From Bacillus subtilis subsp. subtilis str. 168 (lineage in GTDB: Bacteria; Bacillota; Bacilli; Bacillales; Bacillaceae): a DNA stretch of 32,000 nucleotides. Shown in pieces: positions 18,853-28,696 of the stretch (positions are counted from its first letter, which is position 1; every line of letters begins with the position of its first letter). The DNA is taken from NCBI RefSeq assembly GCF_000009045.1, contig NC_000964.3, positions 3,420,001-3,452,000 of the forward strand. Reading direction: 5' to 3'. The notes under the pieces are model-generated. The model had not been told where the DNA came from. It ran no database searches and was given only the letters and a program-made list of their open reading frames with translations. The position numbers and the translations under genes are program-made.

Positions 18853-20961
18853 TTATTTGTTTTTGAGACGCATGACGCGCATGGCGTTCGCCACAGCAAG
18901 CAGTGTAACGCCGACATCTGAGAAAACCGCTTCCCACATGGTCGCAATTCCAAATGCACCAAGAATGAGAAAGATCGCTTTCACACCTAAAGCAAAGCCG
19001 ATGTTTTGCCACACGATTCGCCGTGTCCGTTTCGCAATCCGAATCGCTTCTGCTATTTTTGACGGCTGATCTGTCATCAGCACGATGTCTGCGGCTTCTA
19101 CCGCGGCGTCTGAGCCAAGGCCTCCCATCGCAACCCCTATATCTGCGCGTGCAAGCACCGGCGTATCATTGATGCCGTCACCGACAAAAATGAGTTTTTC
19201 ACTAGGCAAAAGCTTAGCTTCTAATGCTTCGACCTGCGCGACTTTATCTTGCGGCAGCAGCTCTGCATATACCTCACCAATCCCAAGCTGTTTTCCGACG
19301 GCTTCTCCCGTTTGTTTCGAATCACCCGTCAGCATAGCTGTCTGTTTGATCCCAAGCGACTTCAGATCAGCAACCGCCTGTGCTGCGTCTTCCTTTATCT
19401 CATCCGCTATGATGATTGCTCCGGCATAGCGTTGATCTACAGCAACGTGTACGATTGTTCCAGCATTTTCATCCGGGACATCCTCAATTTGTTCTCTTTC
19501 CATGAGCTTTTTATTCCCAGCAAGGATCTCAGTTCCATTTACCTTTGCAAAAATGCCGTGACCGGAGATTTCTTCGTATGACTCAATCTCATCGGAGGAA
19601 AGCATTTTCCCGTAAGCTTTACGCACAGATTCAGCAATCGGATGCTGTGAATGAAGCTCAGCGTATGCCGCCGCTTCAAGTAATCTATCCTTTGTAAAAC
19701 CTTCCGCGGGTTTGATTTCTGTCACTTCAAAGCTGCCTTTTGTTAGTGTTCCCGTTTTATCAAACACCGCGTATTTGACTTGATTCAAAGCTTCTAAATA
19801 ATTGCTTCCCTTTACAAGCACTCCGGCCTTTGAGGCCGCTCCGATTCCACCGAAGAAACCGAGCGGAATAGAGACAACAAGCGCACAAGGACAAGAAATC
19901 ACTAAAAAGATAAGCGCGCGGTACACCCAATCGGAAAGCGCGGCGCCAGAAAGAACAAGCGGCGGAACAAAGGCCAGCAATACCGCAATGATCACCACAG
20001 CAGGTGTATAATACTTGGCAAACTTCGTGATAAAGTTTTCTGTCCGGGCTTTACGGCTGCTCGCATTCTGAACCAAGTCTAATATTTTTGATACTGCTGA
20101 TTCCTGATAGCCCTTTGTGACTTCAATATGCAGAACGCCGTTTTGATTGATAAAGCCTGACATTACATCTTGTCCTTCCGCAGCTTTTCTCGGAACGGAC
20201 TCACCTGTTAAAGCAGATGTATCAACCATCGCTGACCCTTGCACGACCTTACCGTCCAGGGGTATGCTTTCTCCCGGATTAACCACAATGATGTCTCCTG
20301 TCTGAACGTCCTCCGACGAAACCTGTTCGATGCCGTTCTTTGTTTTGAGATTGGCGTAATCAGGCCGTATGTCCATTAACGCACTAATTGATTTTCTGGA
20401 ACGGCTGACCGCGGCTCCTTGAAAAAGCTCACCGATTTGATAAAACAGCATAACGGCGACCCCCTCAGGGTATTGCTGAATCAGAAAAGCGCCGATTGTG
20501 GCAAGAGCCATTAAGAAATGCTCATCAAACACCTGACCGCGGATGATGTTTTTGACTGCGCGGATTATAATGTCACCGCCGATAATCAAATAAGCACCGA
20601 GGAAAAGGAAAAATTCAATGGTTCCCGACTGAACCAAATATGCCGCTGCGCCGAGAATGACAGCCGCCGCCATTCTGATCAGCATATTGACCATTCGATT
20701 ACGATAGCCATCATCAGCTGATTTCTTTATATGCTTTTGGCGAACCGTTACATGCGGATCAATTGATTTCACTTTTTTCTCTACTTTATTCGTGACCCAT
20801 TGCTCTTCTTTCCCATCGGCTGAGACAGTTAAGGTGCTTGCCGCAAAATTTACCGCGCATCCGTTAATGCCTTTTATGCCTTTGACTCCATTTTCGATTT
20901 TTCGGGCACAATTGCTGCAATCCAAACCGTCCAGAACATATTCCTGTTTCACTAGTCTCAC
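18853..20961 (-). CDS. cadA: P1B-type cadmium/zinc/cobalt-exporting ATPase CadA (YvgW)
   Basis: 702 aa; HMA-like CSNC, ISCPCALVVS, DKTGTLTKG, GDGINDTPVLARADIG. Confidence 0.92.
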   Translation of the reverse strand: MRLVKQEYVLDGLDCSNCARKIENGVKGIKGINGCAVNFAASTLTVSADGKEEQWVTNKVEKKVKSIDPHVTVRQKHIKKSADDGYRNRMVNMLIRMAAAVILGAAAYLVQSGTIEFFLFLGAYLIIGGDIIIRAVKNIIRGQVFDEHFLMALATIGAFLIQQYPEGVAVMLFYQIGELFQGAAVSRSRKSISALMDIRPDYANLKTKNGIEQVSSEDVQTGDIIVVNPGESIPLDGKVVQGSAMVDTSALTGESVPRKAAEGQDVMSGFINQNGVLHIEVTKGYQESAVSKILDLVQNASSRKARTENFITKFAKYYTPAVVIIAVLLAFVPPLVLSGAALSDWVYRALIFLVISCPCALVVSIPLGFFGGIGAASKAGVLVKGSNYLEALNQVKYAVFDKTGTLTKGSFEVTEIKPAEGFTKDRLLEAAAYAELHSQHPIAESVRKAYGKMLSSDEIESYEEISGHGIFAKVNGTEILAGNKKLMEREQIEDVPDENAGTIVHVAVDQRYAGAIIIADEIKEDAAQAVADLKSLGIKQTAMLTGDSKQTGEAVGKQLGIGEVYAELLPQDKVAQVEALEAKLLPSEKLIFVGDGINDTPVLARADIGVAMGGLGSDAAVEAADIVLMTDQPSKIAEAIRIAKRTRRIVWQNIGFALGVKAIFLILGAFGIATMWEAVFSDVGVTLLAVANAMRVMRLKNK

Positions 20962-21022
20962 CTTACCTTCCGATTTAGGGTTCCCTCTTCAAAGCGTATC
21001 AATGAGTATTGTATTTATTTTA

Positions 21023-21048
21023 TATATATGAGCATATACTCATATATA
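21023..21048. promoter_or_regulatory. Candidate CzrA (ArsR-family) operator upstream of cadA
   Basis: TATATATGAG-CATATA-CTCATATATA inverted repeat with 10-bp arms, immediately downstream of the promoter. Confidence 0.75.
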
Positions 21049-21058
21049 AGTTACACCT

Positions 21059-21088
21059 ATTATATGTTGTTTTCCAAGAAAGTGTCAA
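21059..21088 (-). promoter_or_regulatory. SigA-type promoter for cadA
   Basis: Minus strand TTGACA (21088-21083), 18-nt spacer, TATAAT (21064-21059). Confidence 0.75.
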
Positions 21089-21095
21089 TGAAAAA

Positions 21096-21121
21096 CAAAA
21101 ACCGGCATATAGCCGGTTTTT
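21096..21121 (-). terminator. Intrinsic terminator downstream of copA
   Basis: AAAAACCGGC-ATATA-GCCGGTTTTT adjoining the copA stop. Confidence 0.75.
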
Positions 21122-23532
21122 CATTTTACTTTTTGCAGACGAAGAGCATTCAGAACAACGGAAACGGAGCTGAATGCCATTGCTGCTCCTGCTATCCACG
21201 GTGCTAAAAATCCAAGTGCTGCGATTGGGATGCCGAGGCTGTTATAGCCAAGCGCCCAGAATAAGTTTTGTTTAATGTTTTTCATTGTCAATCTGCTCAT
21301 GCGGATTGCGTCGGCAATGCTGTTCAGATCGCCGCGAATAAGTGTAATGTCTGCTGTTTCCATGGCAATGTCCGTGCCAGTTCCAATCGCCATGCCGATG
21401 TCAGCTGTGGCAAGCGCCGGCGCATCGTTAATTCCGTCGCCTACCATTGCTGTCTGGCGGCCTTCTTTTTGCAAGCGGGCGATTTCCGCCGCCTTTTGTT
21501 CAGGAAGAACTTCCGCAATGATATTCGCAATTCCCGCTTCCTTCGCGATGGCTTCTGCGGTTCTGCGATTGTCTCCTGTCATCATGATGACATCAAGACC
21601 CAACTCTTTCAGACGGGCAACAGCCTTCCGCGACGTATCCTTAATCGTATCTGCAACTGCTACTAGCCCCGCTGCTTCTCCATCAATGGATACAAGCATA
21701 ACTGTTTTCCCTTCGGCCTCTAGCTCTTCCATTTGGGCGAGAAGAGCCCCATGCTCAACCTGTTCGCTCTCCATTAATTTTCTTGTGCCGACGAGAATGC
21801 TTTTTCCTCCGGCTTCAGCCAAAATGCCTGCGCCGACTTTTGCTTCAAAGCGGGTAAGTTTCGGTATCTCAAGCCCTTTATCTTTCACGCCAGCAATAAT
21901 CGCTTCGCCAAGCGGATGCTCTGATCCCGTTTCCGCTGCCGCTGCAAATTGAAGCAAATCTTTTTCTTCAAAACGGCCGAATGGAATGGCATCCGTCAGA
22001 CGCGGCTTCCCGTTTGTCACGGTTCCGGTTTTATCAAGAACAATTGTATCGAGACGATGTGTTTTTTCTAAATGCTCGCCGCCTTTAAATAAAATCCCGA
22101 ATTCAGCAGCGCGTCCAGATCCAGCCATTATGCTCGTCGGAGTGGCAAGACCGAGGGCGCAAGGACAGGCAATGACAAGAACCGCAATGAACTTGCTGAT
22201 CGCTTCGGCAAAATCGCCAGGAGCCGCCCAAAGATACCAAATGAGAAAAGTGAGAACCGCAATCCCCAATACAATGGGTACAAAAATGCCTGAAATCTGG
22301 TCAGCGAGACGCTGGATCGGCGCTTTTGACCCTTGTGCTTCCTCAACAATTTTGATGATATGAGAAAGCGCAGTATCCTTTCCGACGTTGACAGCTTTAA
22401 TTTTCAGAAAGCCGTTTGCGTTAACGGTTGAACCTGTCACGCTGTCACCAGGATTTTTGTCAACAGGAAGACTTTCTCCTGTAATCATCGATTCGTCAAC
22501 CGCTGAACGGCCTTCAACCACTTCTCCGTCGACAGGAATTCGTTCGCCAGGTTTGACGTAAACAATGTCATTAACAAGCACTTCGTCGATCGGGATGATT
22601 TGCTCCTGTCCGTCTCTTACAACAGTAGCTGTTTTCGCTTGAAGCTTCATCAGCTTTTTAATCGCATCCGAGGAACGGCCTTTTGCTTTTGTTTCAAACA
22701 ACTTGCCTAATAAAATCAGCGTCAGCAAAATCGCGCTTGTTTCATAATAAAGGCCGTCTGTATGCCCGTGAGAGCCAATGCTTTGAAAAGTTAGATAAAG
22801 ACTATAAGCGTAAGCAGCCGTCGTACCGAGGGCGACCAATACATCCATATTGGCGCTTTTATTTCTAAGCGCCTTATACGCACCCACATAAAACGGCCAG
22901 CCGATCAGAAACTGGACTGGTGTCGCCAGCGCAAACTGCATCCACGGATTGAGAAATATATCCGGTACCCAAATGAATGATGTAAATGTAAAATGGCTCA
23001 CCATCGCCCAAAGCAATGGAAATGACAGGACAGCTGAAAAAATCAGTCTCGCCGTTTGCTTCCGTTCTTCTTTCTTTTTAGCAGCAGCCTCACTGTCCTG
23101 TTCACCCTTCAACTTTAGCTTATATCCAAGCTTATCTACCGCTTCTTTCAAATCGCTGACAGACGCTTCTTTTGGATTGTATTCGACCGTAACTGTTTCT
23201 AAAGCGAAGTTTACTGGTGCATTTGCGACGCCTTCTATTTTGTTAAGCCGTTTTTCAATCCGATTGGCGCAAGCCGCACAGGTCATGCCCTCAATATCGA
23301 ATTCAGCTTTTTCTGTAACGACGTGATAGCCCAGCTTCTCTATTTTTTCCTGAATCGCTGCAGTCCCTGTTTCAGCAGGATCGTAGATTACATTTGATGT
23401 TTCCGTTGCCAGATTAACATTTGCATCCGTGACACCGGGCATCCGCTTCAGGCCTTTTTCAATTCTGGCAGCACATGCCGCACAGGTCATACCAGAGACC
23501 TGCATCGCGATTTCCTTTTGTTCACTCAACAT
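21121..23532 (-). CDS. copA: Copper-exporting P-type ATPase CopA (YvgX) with two N-terminal HMA domains
   Basis: Two GMTCAAC motifs, [35 protein letters not shown] at 23532 gives 803 aa; the track's extension to 23616 runs through a hairpin and palindrome. Confidence 0.94.
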   Translation of the reverse strand: MLSEQKEIAMQVSGMTCAACAARIEKGLKRMPGVTDANVNLATETSNVIYDPAETGTAAIQEKIEKLGYHVVTEKAEFDIEGMTCAACANRIEKRLNKIEGVANAPVNFALETVTVEYNPKEASVSDLKEAVDKLGYKLKLKGEQDSEAAAKKKEERKQTARLIFSAVLSFPLLWAMVSHFTFTSFIWVPDIFLNPWMQFALATPVQFLIGWPFYVGAYKALRNKSANMDVLVALGTTAAYAYSLYLTFQSIGSHGHTDGLYYETSAILLTLILLGKLFETKAKGRSSDAIKKLMKLQAKTATVVRDGQEQIIPIDEVLVNDIVYVKPGERIPVDGEVVEGRSAVDESMITGESLPVDKNPGDSVTGSTVNANGFLKIKAVNVGKDTALSHIIKIVEEAQGSKAPIQRLADQISGIFVPIVLGIAVLTFLIWYLWAAPGDFAEAISKFIAVLVIACPCALGLATPTSIMAGSGRAAEFGILFKGGEHLEKTHRLDTIVLDKTGTVTNGKPRLTDAIPFGRFEEKDLLQFAAAAETGSEHPLGEAIIAGVKDKGLEIPKLTRFEAKVGAGILAEAGGKSILVGTRKLMESEQVEHGALLAQMEELEAEGKTVMLVSIDGEAAGLVAVADTIKDTSRKAVARLKELGLDVIMMTGDNRRTAEAIAKEAGIANIIAEVLPEQKAAEIARLQKEGRQTAMVGDGINDAPALATADIGMAIGTGTDIAMETADITLIRGDLNSIADAIRMSRLTMKNIKQNLFWALGYNSLGIPIAALGFLAPWIAGAAMAFSSVSVVLNALRLQKVK

Positions 23533-23543
23533 ACTCACTCCTT

Positions 23544-23566
23544 TATATACACCTGGGGGGTATATA
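23544..23566. promoter_or_regulatory. CsoR-like palindrome immediately upstream of copA
   Basis: TATATAC-ACCTGGGGG-GTATATA (minus: TATATACCCCCCAGGTGTATATA), 7-bp arms around a G/C-run, 11 nt before the start codon. Confidence 0.5.
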
Positions 23567-23579
23567 AAAATGAAAGAAA

Positions 23580-23605
23580 TATCGCGCCTCCCTAAAGGCG
23601 CGATA
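23580..23605. other. Stable hairpin in the copZ-copA intergenic region (possible attenuator/processing element)
   Basis: Minus strand TATCGCGCCT-TTAGGG-AGGCGCGATA, perfect 10-bp stem followed by TTTCTTTCATTTTT. Confidence 0.7.
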
Positions 23606-23612
23606 CCTTGAA

Positions 23613-23822
23613 TCACTTGGCTACGTCATAGCCCTGATCTTCTATCGCATCCGCAATATCTTTGACTGATACTTTGTCAGCATCAAACGAAACATCGACT
23701 TTACCCGCTTCCAGATTGACATGAACGGCACTGACGCCGTCCAGTTCTCCTACGCTTGTTTCTACTGCTTTGACGCAGTGCTGACAAGACATTCCTTCAA
23801 CTTGCAATGTTTTTTGTTCCAT
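23613..23822 (-). CDS. copZ: Copper chaperone CopZ (YvgY)
   Basis: 69 aa, GMSCQHC metal-binding motif, AGGAGG RBS. Confidence 0.95.
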
Positions 23823-23862
23823 ATCAATTCCTCCTGTTTATTCTTTCTATTTTCATCCTACC

Positions 23863-23880
23863 ATACCCCCGTAGGGTATT
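23863..23880. promoter_or_regulatory. CsoR operator at the copZA promoter
   Basis: ATACCCCCGTAGGGTATT just upstream of copZ; G/C-run pseudo-palindrome, lying between TTGTAA and TAGGAT on the minus strand. Confidence 0.75.
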
Positions 23881-23895
23881 ACAATAAAAAACGCT

Positions 23896-24201
23896 TTATG
23901 ATTTTGTGAACTTTTTAAATACGTCCAAAAGCTCAGAAATGGCCTGTTCCCCGTCTCCGCTTTTGATGGCATCTGCTACACAATGATGGGCATGATCCTC
24001 AAGCAAATGAAGCGCCACATTTTTCATTGCCGCCTGAACAGCTGAAATTTGCACAAGAATATCTACACAATATCTGTCGTTTTCCACCATGTTTTGAATG
24101 CCTCTGACCTGGCCCTCAATCCGCTTAAGCCGGTTTGTAATCTGATCCTTTTCTTTCGAGCTTTTATGGTTTAATGTTTTATGTTCGTTATGCTTTTCCA
24201 T
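23896..24201 (-). CDS. csoR: Copper-sensing transcriptional repressor CsoR (YvgZ)
   Basis: 101 aa DUF156 family; RLKRIEGQVRGIQNMVENDRYCVDILVQISAVQAAMKNVALHLLEDHAHHC with the Cys-His-Cys ligands. Confidence 0.95.
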   Translation of the reverse strand: MEKHNEHKTLNHKSSKEKDQITNRLKRIEGQVRGIQNMVENDRYCVDILVQISAVQAAMKNVALHLLEDHAHHCVADAIKSGDGEQAISELLDVFKKFTKS

Positions 24202-24328
24202 GCGTACACCTCTGTTTAATGATATTAATTCCCATTATACTGATTGTCCAAACGGTTGTCTAAGCATGCCGACGCAAAAAATGAATCAGTTAGGTTTTAC
24301 CATTTGATCAGGAGGGTATATACTTCTG

Positions 24329-25405
24329 TTGATAACGCTTTTAAAGGGGAGAAGAAAAGTGGATACGATCAAGGTTGGAATATTAGGATACGGATTGTCC
24401 GGTTCTGTTTTTCACGGGCCGCTGCTGGATGTTCTGGATGAATATCAAATCAGCAAAATCATGACATCACGGACAGAAGAAGTGAAACGGGATTTTCCAG
24501 ATGCTGAGGTTGTACATGAGCTTGAAGAAATCACAAATGACCCTGCCATTGAGCTTGTCATTGTCACCACCCCGAGCGGCCTTCATTACGAGCATACTAT
24601 GGCATGCATACAGGCCGGAAAACATGTTGTGATGGAAAAACCAATGACAGCAACGGCCGAAGAGGGGGAAACATTAAAAAGGGCTGCCGATGAAAAAGGC
24701 GTATTATTAAGCGTATATCATAACCGACGCTGGGATAACGATTTTTTAACGATTAAAAAGCTGATCTCTGAGGGATCCCTTGAAGATATCAATACATATC
24801 AAGTTTCCTATAACCGCTACAGACCTGAAGTTCAAGCGCGGTGGCGGGAAAAAGAAGGCACTGCCACTGGTACGCTGTATGATCTCGGCTCCCACATCAT
24901 AGACCAAACCCTGCATTTGTTTGGGATGCCTAAAGCCGTGACTGCAAACGTGATGGCCCAGCGGGAAAATGCCGAAACGGTTGACTATTTTCATTTAACC
25001 CTGGATTATGGCAAGCTTCAAGCCATTCTATACGGAGGATCAATCGTTCCGGCAAACGGACCTCGTTATCAAATCCATGGAAAAGATTCTAGCTTTATCA
25101 AATATGGAATTGACGGACAGGAAGACGCACTCAGAGCGGGAAGAAAACCAGAGGATGACAGCTGGGGTGCGGATGTTCCGGAGTTTTACGGAAAGCTTAC
25201 AACCATTCGTGGCTCCGACAAAAAAACAGAAACGATTCCATCAGTAAATGGCTCCTACCTTACTTATTACCGTAAAATAGCGGAAAGCATACGAGAAGGT
25301 GCTGCGCTGCCAGTCACTGCTGAGGAAGGTATTAATGTCATCCGCATCATTGAAGCCGCGATGGAAAGCAGTAAAGAGAAACGAACCATTATGCTGGAGC
25401 ACTAA
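24329..25405 (+). CDS. iolW: NADP-dependent scyllo-inositol dehydrogenase IolW (YvaA), Gfo/Idh/MocA family
   Basis: IKVGILGYGLSGSVFHGP Rossmann motif, GKHVVMEKP, DLGSHIIDQ. Possible alternative GTG start at 24359 behind GGGGAG. Confidence 0.88.
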   Translation: MITLLKGRRKVDTIKVGILGYGLSGSVFHGPLLDVLDEYQISKIMTSRTEEVKRDFPDAEVVHELEEITNDPAIELVIVTTPSGLHYEHTMACIQAGKHVVMEKPMTATAEEGETLKRAADEKGVLLSVYHNRRWDNDFLTIKKLISEGSLEDINTYQVSYNRYRPEVQARWREKEGTATGTLYDLGSHIIDQTLHLFGMPKAVTANVMAQRENAETVDYFHLTLDYGKLQAILYGGSIVPANGPRYQIHGKDSSFIKYGIDGQEDALRAGRKPEDDSWGADVPEFYGKLTTIRGSDKKTETIPSVNGSYLTYYRKIAESIREGAALPVTAEEGINVIRIIEAAMESSKEKRTIMLEH

Positions 25406-25408
25406 AAC

Positions 25409-25440
25409 AAAAGCCTCCCCAAATAAGGGGAGGCTTTTTC
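25409..25440. terminator. Bidirectional terminator between iolW and azoR2
   Basis: AAAAGCCTCCCC-AAATAA-GGGGAGGCTTTTT. Confidence 0.93.
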
Positions 25441-25441
25441 A

Positions 25442-26077
25442 TTAGAATGTTTTTCCTGCTTCTTTCGCACGCGCAATCGCGTCTTCTTTGATTTGCTGTG
25501 CTTTATCAGGCTCCGCATTATGTCCCTCTACGAAAATGCCATCGAATGATGGTACGCCGAAGAAGTTCATCATGATGCCGATGTAGCGGTGCCCCATTTC
25601 CATCTCAGCCGCAGGGCCTTCTGAATAGTAGCCGCCGCGCGCTTGGATATGAATTGCTTTTTTATCAGTTAACAAGCCGACAGGACCTTGTTCTGTGTAT
25701 TTGAATGATTTTCCTGCAACAGCAACAGAATCGAGATACGCTTTCATCACTGGCGGGAATGAGAAGTTCCATAAAGGAGTAACAAATACGTACTTATCAG
25801 CTGATGCAAATTGATCGCTAAGCTCTCCCAAACGGCCTACTTTCGCTTTTTCGCTTTCAGAAAGCTCTTCAAAGCCTGTACCTGACTGAAGCTTTCCCCA
25901 TCCGCTAAATACATCTGCGTCAATGTGCGGAATGTTTTCTTTGTACAAATCGATATGTACAACTTCATCATTTGGATTCGCTTCTTTGTAAGATTCGATA
26001 AATGCTTTACCTGTTGCCATACTGTACGAAGTTGCTTCGTCATGTGGATGAGCAGTGATATATAATACTTTTGCCAT
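25442..26077 (-). CDS. azoR2: FMN-dependent NADH-azoreductase AzoR2 (YvaB)
   Basis: 211 aa; flavodoxin-like fold, [28 protein letters not shown]. Confidence 0.92.
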   Translation of the reverse strand: MAKVLYITAHPHDEATSYSMATGKAFIESYKEANPNDEVVHIDLYKENIPHIDADVFSGWGKLQSGTGFEELSESEKAKVGRLGELSDQFASADKYVFVTPLWNFSFPPVMKAYLDSVAVAGKSFKYTEQGPVGLLTDKKAIHIQARGGYYSEGPAAEMEMGHRYIGIMMNFFGVPSFDGIFVEGHNAEPDKAQQIKEDAIARAKEAGKTF

Positions 26078-26163
26078 TTTTACCAGCCCTTTCGTTTTTA
26101 AAAATCACACATCAATTATTATCATACAGATGCATAATGATTATTCTGTCTCTCTTAGACTTT

Positions 26164-26192
26164 ATTATAGAGACAAAGAAATTTACTTTCAA
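26164..26192 (-). promoter_or_regulatory. SigA-type promoter for azoR2
   Basis: Minus strand TTGAAA (26192-26187), 17-nt spacer, TATAAT (26169-26164). Confidence 0.7.
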
Positions 26193-26199
26193 GTAAAAC

Positions 26200-26215
26200 A
26201 TCTCGAATTAAAGAT
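26200..26215. promoter_or_regulatory. Candidate MhqR operator upstream of azoR2
   Basis: ATCTCGAATTAAAGAT, degenerate copy of the palindromic ATCTCGAATTCGAGAT-type box recalled for the MhqR regulon. Confidence 0.5.
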
Positions 26216-26236
26216 TATTTAACTTTCCCAAACAGC

Positions 26237-28132
26237 TTACTTTTCAAAAGCTGTTCTCAAGCCGGAATACAGCGCGGACAATTCTTTACTGATCCGAGGA
26301 TAATGAGGGACATGCGGCACTTGAATATCCGCAGGCATCCTTTTCATGATAAAGGATTGCTCAGCCTGTTCAAAAAACGCCCGCAGCTGGTTGATCTCTT
26401 CATCAGAAAACGGAGCAGACGGACGGCGGTGAGCTTGCGCCGAGAGCAAATAGTACCCTAAGTGCTGAGCACCGGAAATGGCAGGCCAGAGCGCATCCGC
26501 ATTCGCGTGAGGAAACTCGCCAAGCGCCTTGTCATACGCATCCCGAAGCCTGACAAGACTCACCCTTAACTTGTGTTCGTCGGCAATTTGCCCGGTTAAC
26601 AGTTTCTCCATAAACTGCCCTTCCAGCCGGATGACATTCCGCACAAGTTCTGGCAGCCGCTTGGTTGAAAACCGCCGCCACAAAAGCATTGTTCCCAACA
26701 GCCCGATCACGCTGCCGACAGCTACATCAGTCAGCCTCGCTATCATAAAATAACCGGCGCCCGCCCCGCCATGCATACTTTCTGTGATAACAAGCGCATT
26801 TGCGGTTAAAAAGGGAACAGCCAGCGCATAATTGCGGACGATCAGCATCTCAAGAAGACATTGCAGCGCTGCAATACAAAACGCAATATAAACACCGCCC
26901 GGCTTAAAAAACAGGATTGCGCCTGCCAGTATAACACCGATCACCGTTCCGGCCGAACGCTGAATAGCCCTGTGAAGCGTAAAAACAACAGTAGTGCCAA
27001 GCATGACCGCTGCTGCCGAAAGCGGAATCCAATAGGAGCGTGCAAAGCCGAATGCGAGGGCAAACATATCGGCGGCAAACAGAACAATTCCGTACTTTAA
27101 CGCTCTAATCAAAACTGGAGACTTCCAGTCAAAGGCATTTCTCAAAAAGTAAAAAGAGGATGGCAGGCGGCTTGGTTCCCCGTCAAGCTGCTTATCAAAA
27201 CGTCCTGAAGCGATATACAAAACCTCATTGATTTCTTCAAACAGCTTCCGCCTAGGCTCAGATTCATTTTCATTAATCTGAAACGTATTGAAAACCCGTG
27301 CATTCGCAAGCATATCTCCGGTTTGGCGAAGTGCCTTTTCAATCTGCGCGGTCTCTCTGTCCGGCGTTTCAGCTGAAAAATGAATAATGGCAATAAATAT
27401 GTCGTCAGCTTTCTCAAGGAGGCGAAAAAATCGTTCATCATGCCGCGATTTTTTCCGTCTGTTCCCTTTCCCAAGAACCGTTTGGCGGGCTGTTCTAAGC
27501 ATGAGCACCGTCTGATGCTGTGCGTTATGAAAACCTGGCGTTCCGACGGCTGAAAGACATGCAGCCAGCTGATGATATGTTTTTTGCAGCACCGCTCCCT
27601 CCGGTCCATGTTTGTTCCATAACCAGCCGATTAAAGCGATACCCATGGCGAAAATGCCGCCGAGAAACGTCAGTCCCGCTCTGAACAGCGCTTGTGAAGG
27701 ATCGGCCGGCAGCCCGGAACTGACTAAAAAGGCAAGGACAAAAAACATCGGCGCAGGGCCTTGAATGCCGAGCGCGCTAAAAATAAACATCGCCGCTGCA
27801 CCGATCAGCCCCAAAACAGCCGCCATCATCCAAAGCATCCCGGACAAAAGCGTCCCTAAACCAAATGAGAGGGCGATCCCAATAGAAACCAAGAGCAGCT
27901 TCAAGGCGCGCTTTTTGTACGATTCACCGCCCGCATATAAATAAACAAAGCCTCCGATACTTGCAATTAATCCGTAATCCGTGTGACCTGCCAATGCACC
28001 GACCAGCACAGGAAACCCTGAAGCGAAACCTGATCCGATAGCCTTTTTCCAAGGAAATGGATTTGCATGAATGCGAAAGGCATCCTTCACGATAGGCATG
28101 ATTCTTTGATTGTTCGCAGCAGTTTTGTTCAT
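26237..28132 (-). CDS. yvaC: FUSC-family (aromatic acid exporter-like) integral membrane protein YvaC
   Basis: 631 aa; two hydrophobic multi-TM blocks separated by a soluble domain; RSYWIPLSAAAVMLG typical of FUSC proteins. Confidence 0.82.
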   Translation of the reverse strand: MNKTAANNQRIMPIVKDAFRIHANPFPWKKAIGSGFASGFPVLVGALAGHTDYGLIASIGGFVYLYAGGESYKKRALKLLLVSIGIALSFGLGTLLSGMLWMMAAVLGLIGAAAMFIFSALGIQGPAPMFFVLAFLVSSGLPADPSQALFRAGLTFLGGIFAMGIALIGWLWNKHGPEGAVLQKTYHQLAACLSAVGTPGFHNAQHQTVLMLRTARQTVLGKGNRRKKSRHDERFFRLLEKADDIFIAIIHFSAETPDRETAQIEKALRQTGDMLANARVFNTFQINENESEPRRKLFEEINEVLYIASGRFDKQLDGEPSRLPSSFYFLRNAFDWKSPVLIRALKYGIVLFAADMFALAFGFARSYWIPLSAAAVMLGTTVVFTLHRAIQRSAGTVIGVILAGAILFFKPGGVYIAFCIAALQCLLEMLIVRNYALAVPFLTANALVITESMHGGAGAGYFMIARLTDVAVGSVIGLLGTMLLWRRFSTKRLPELVRNVIRLEGQFMEKLLTGQIADEHKLRVSLVRLRDAYDKALGEFPHANADALWPAISGAQHLGYYLLSAQAHRRPSAPFSDEEINQLRAFFEQAEQSFIMKRMPADIQVPHVPHYPRISKELSALYSGLRTAFEK

Positions 28133-28294
28133 TTGACAAAATCCTTTTCAATGAATGTGTAGAACTTTTCCAGTTTCTTCGCTTTAGTATGCCCAAAAAC
28201 GCGGTTAGCTTCTCAATTGGTGCGCACGATAAAAAAACAGAGACTTATACCGTCTCTGCTTCATTACATCAGTTTATTATAAAAGCGGCACCTG

Positions 28295-28696
28295 TCAGGA
28301 CTGTTTTGTCCTTCTGCCTTCCTTCAAGAGCAGGTGAATAAAAAATAAAGGATAAATCAATAGATACCCATTAAACAGCCACCACACAAGATCAAAGTCA
28401 CTGCTGAATGTCCAGAATGATAGCGCCTGCAGACCTGAACAACAGGTCAGCACAAGAGAAATCAGCGCCATCAGCTTCCAGTCAGCACGATTCACCCGCT
28501 GTAGGTACAAGCTGTACAACCCTGTGACAGAAATCAGGATATCCAGCGGAAAAAAAGACCAGTTCCAAGCGATCATAAACGGATGGTCATGATGTTTAAA
28601 AGCCCAGCTTTCCGGTATGAGCGAAAATCCGGCTGACAGCCAGTACAAGATAAAACCGATATCAGTCACGAGAAAAAACAGCTTCATATATCTCAT
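28295..28696 (-). CDS. yvaD: Small integral membrane protein YvaD, unknown function
   Basis: 133 aa, about 4 predicted TM segments; start overlaps yvaE stop (ATGA). Confidence 0.82.
   Translation of the reverse strand: MRYMKLFFLVTDIGFILYWLSAGFSLIPESWAFKHHDHPFMIAWNWSFFPLDILISVTGLYSLYLQRVNRADWKLMALISLVLTCCSGLQALSFWTFSSDFDLVWWLFNGYLLIYPLFFIHLLLKEGRRTKQS

Noticed and set aside
21275-21952. 225-aa plus-strand ORF opposite copA
   Set aside because: Lies wholly within the copA coding region; low-complexity MAMSMSV/SASAG composition typical of antisense frames; no RBS.
23533-23616. Possible N-terminal extension of CopA ([17 protein letters not shown]...)
   Set aside because: Encodes through a hairpin and a palindrome; ATG 23532 with GGAGTG upstream gives the expected two-HMA-domain start.
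27142-27609. 155-aa minus-strand ORF in another frame of yvaC
   Set aside because: Embedded in the yvaC frame; yvaC reads through as a consistent FUSC-type membrane protein.
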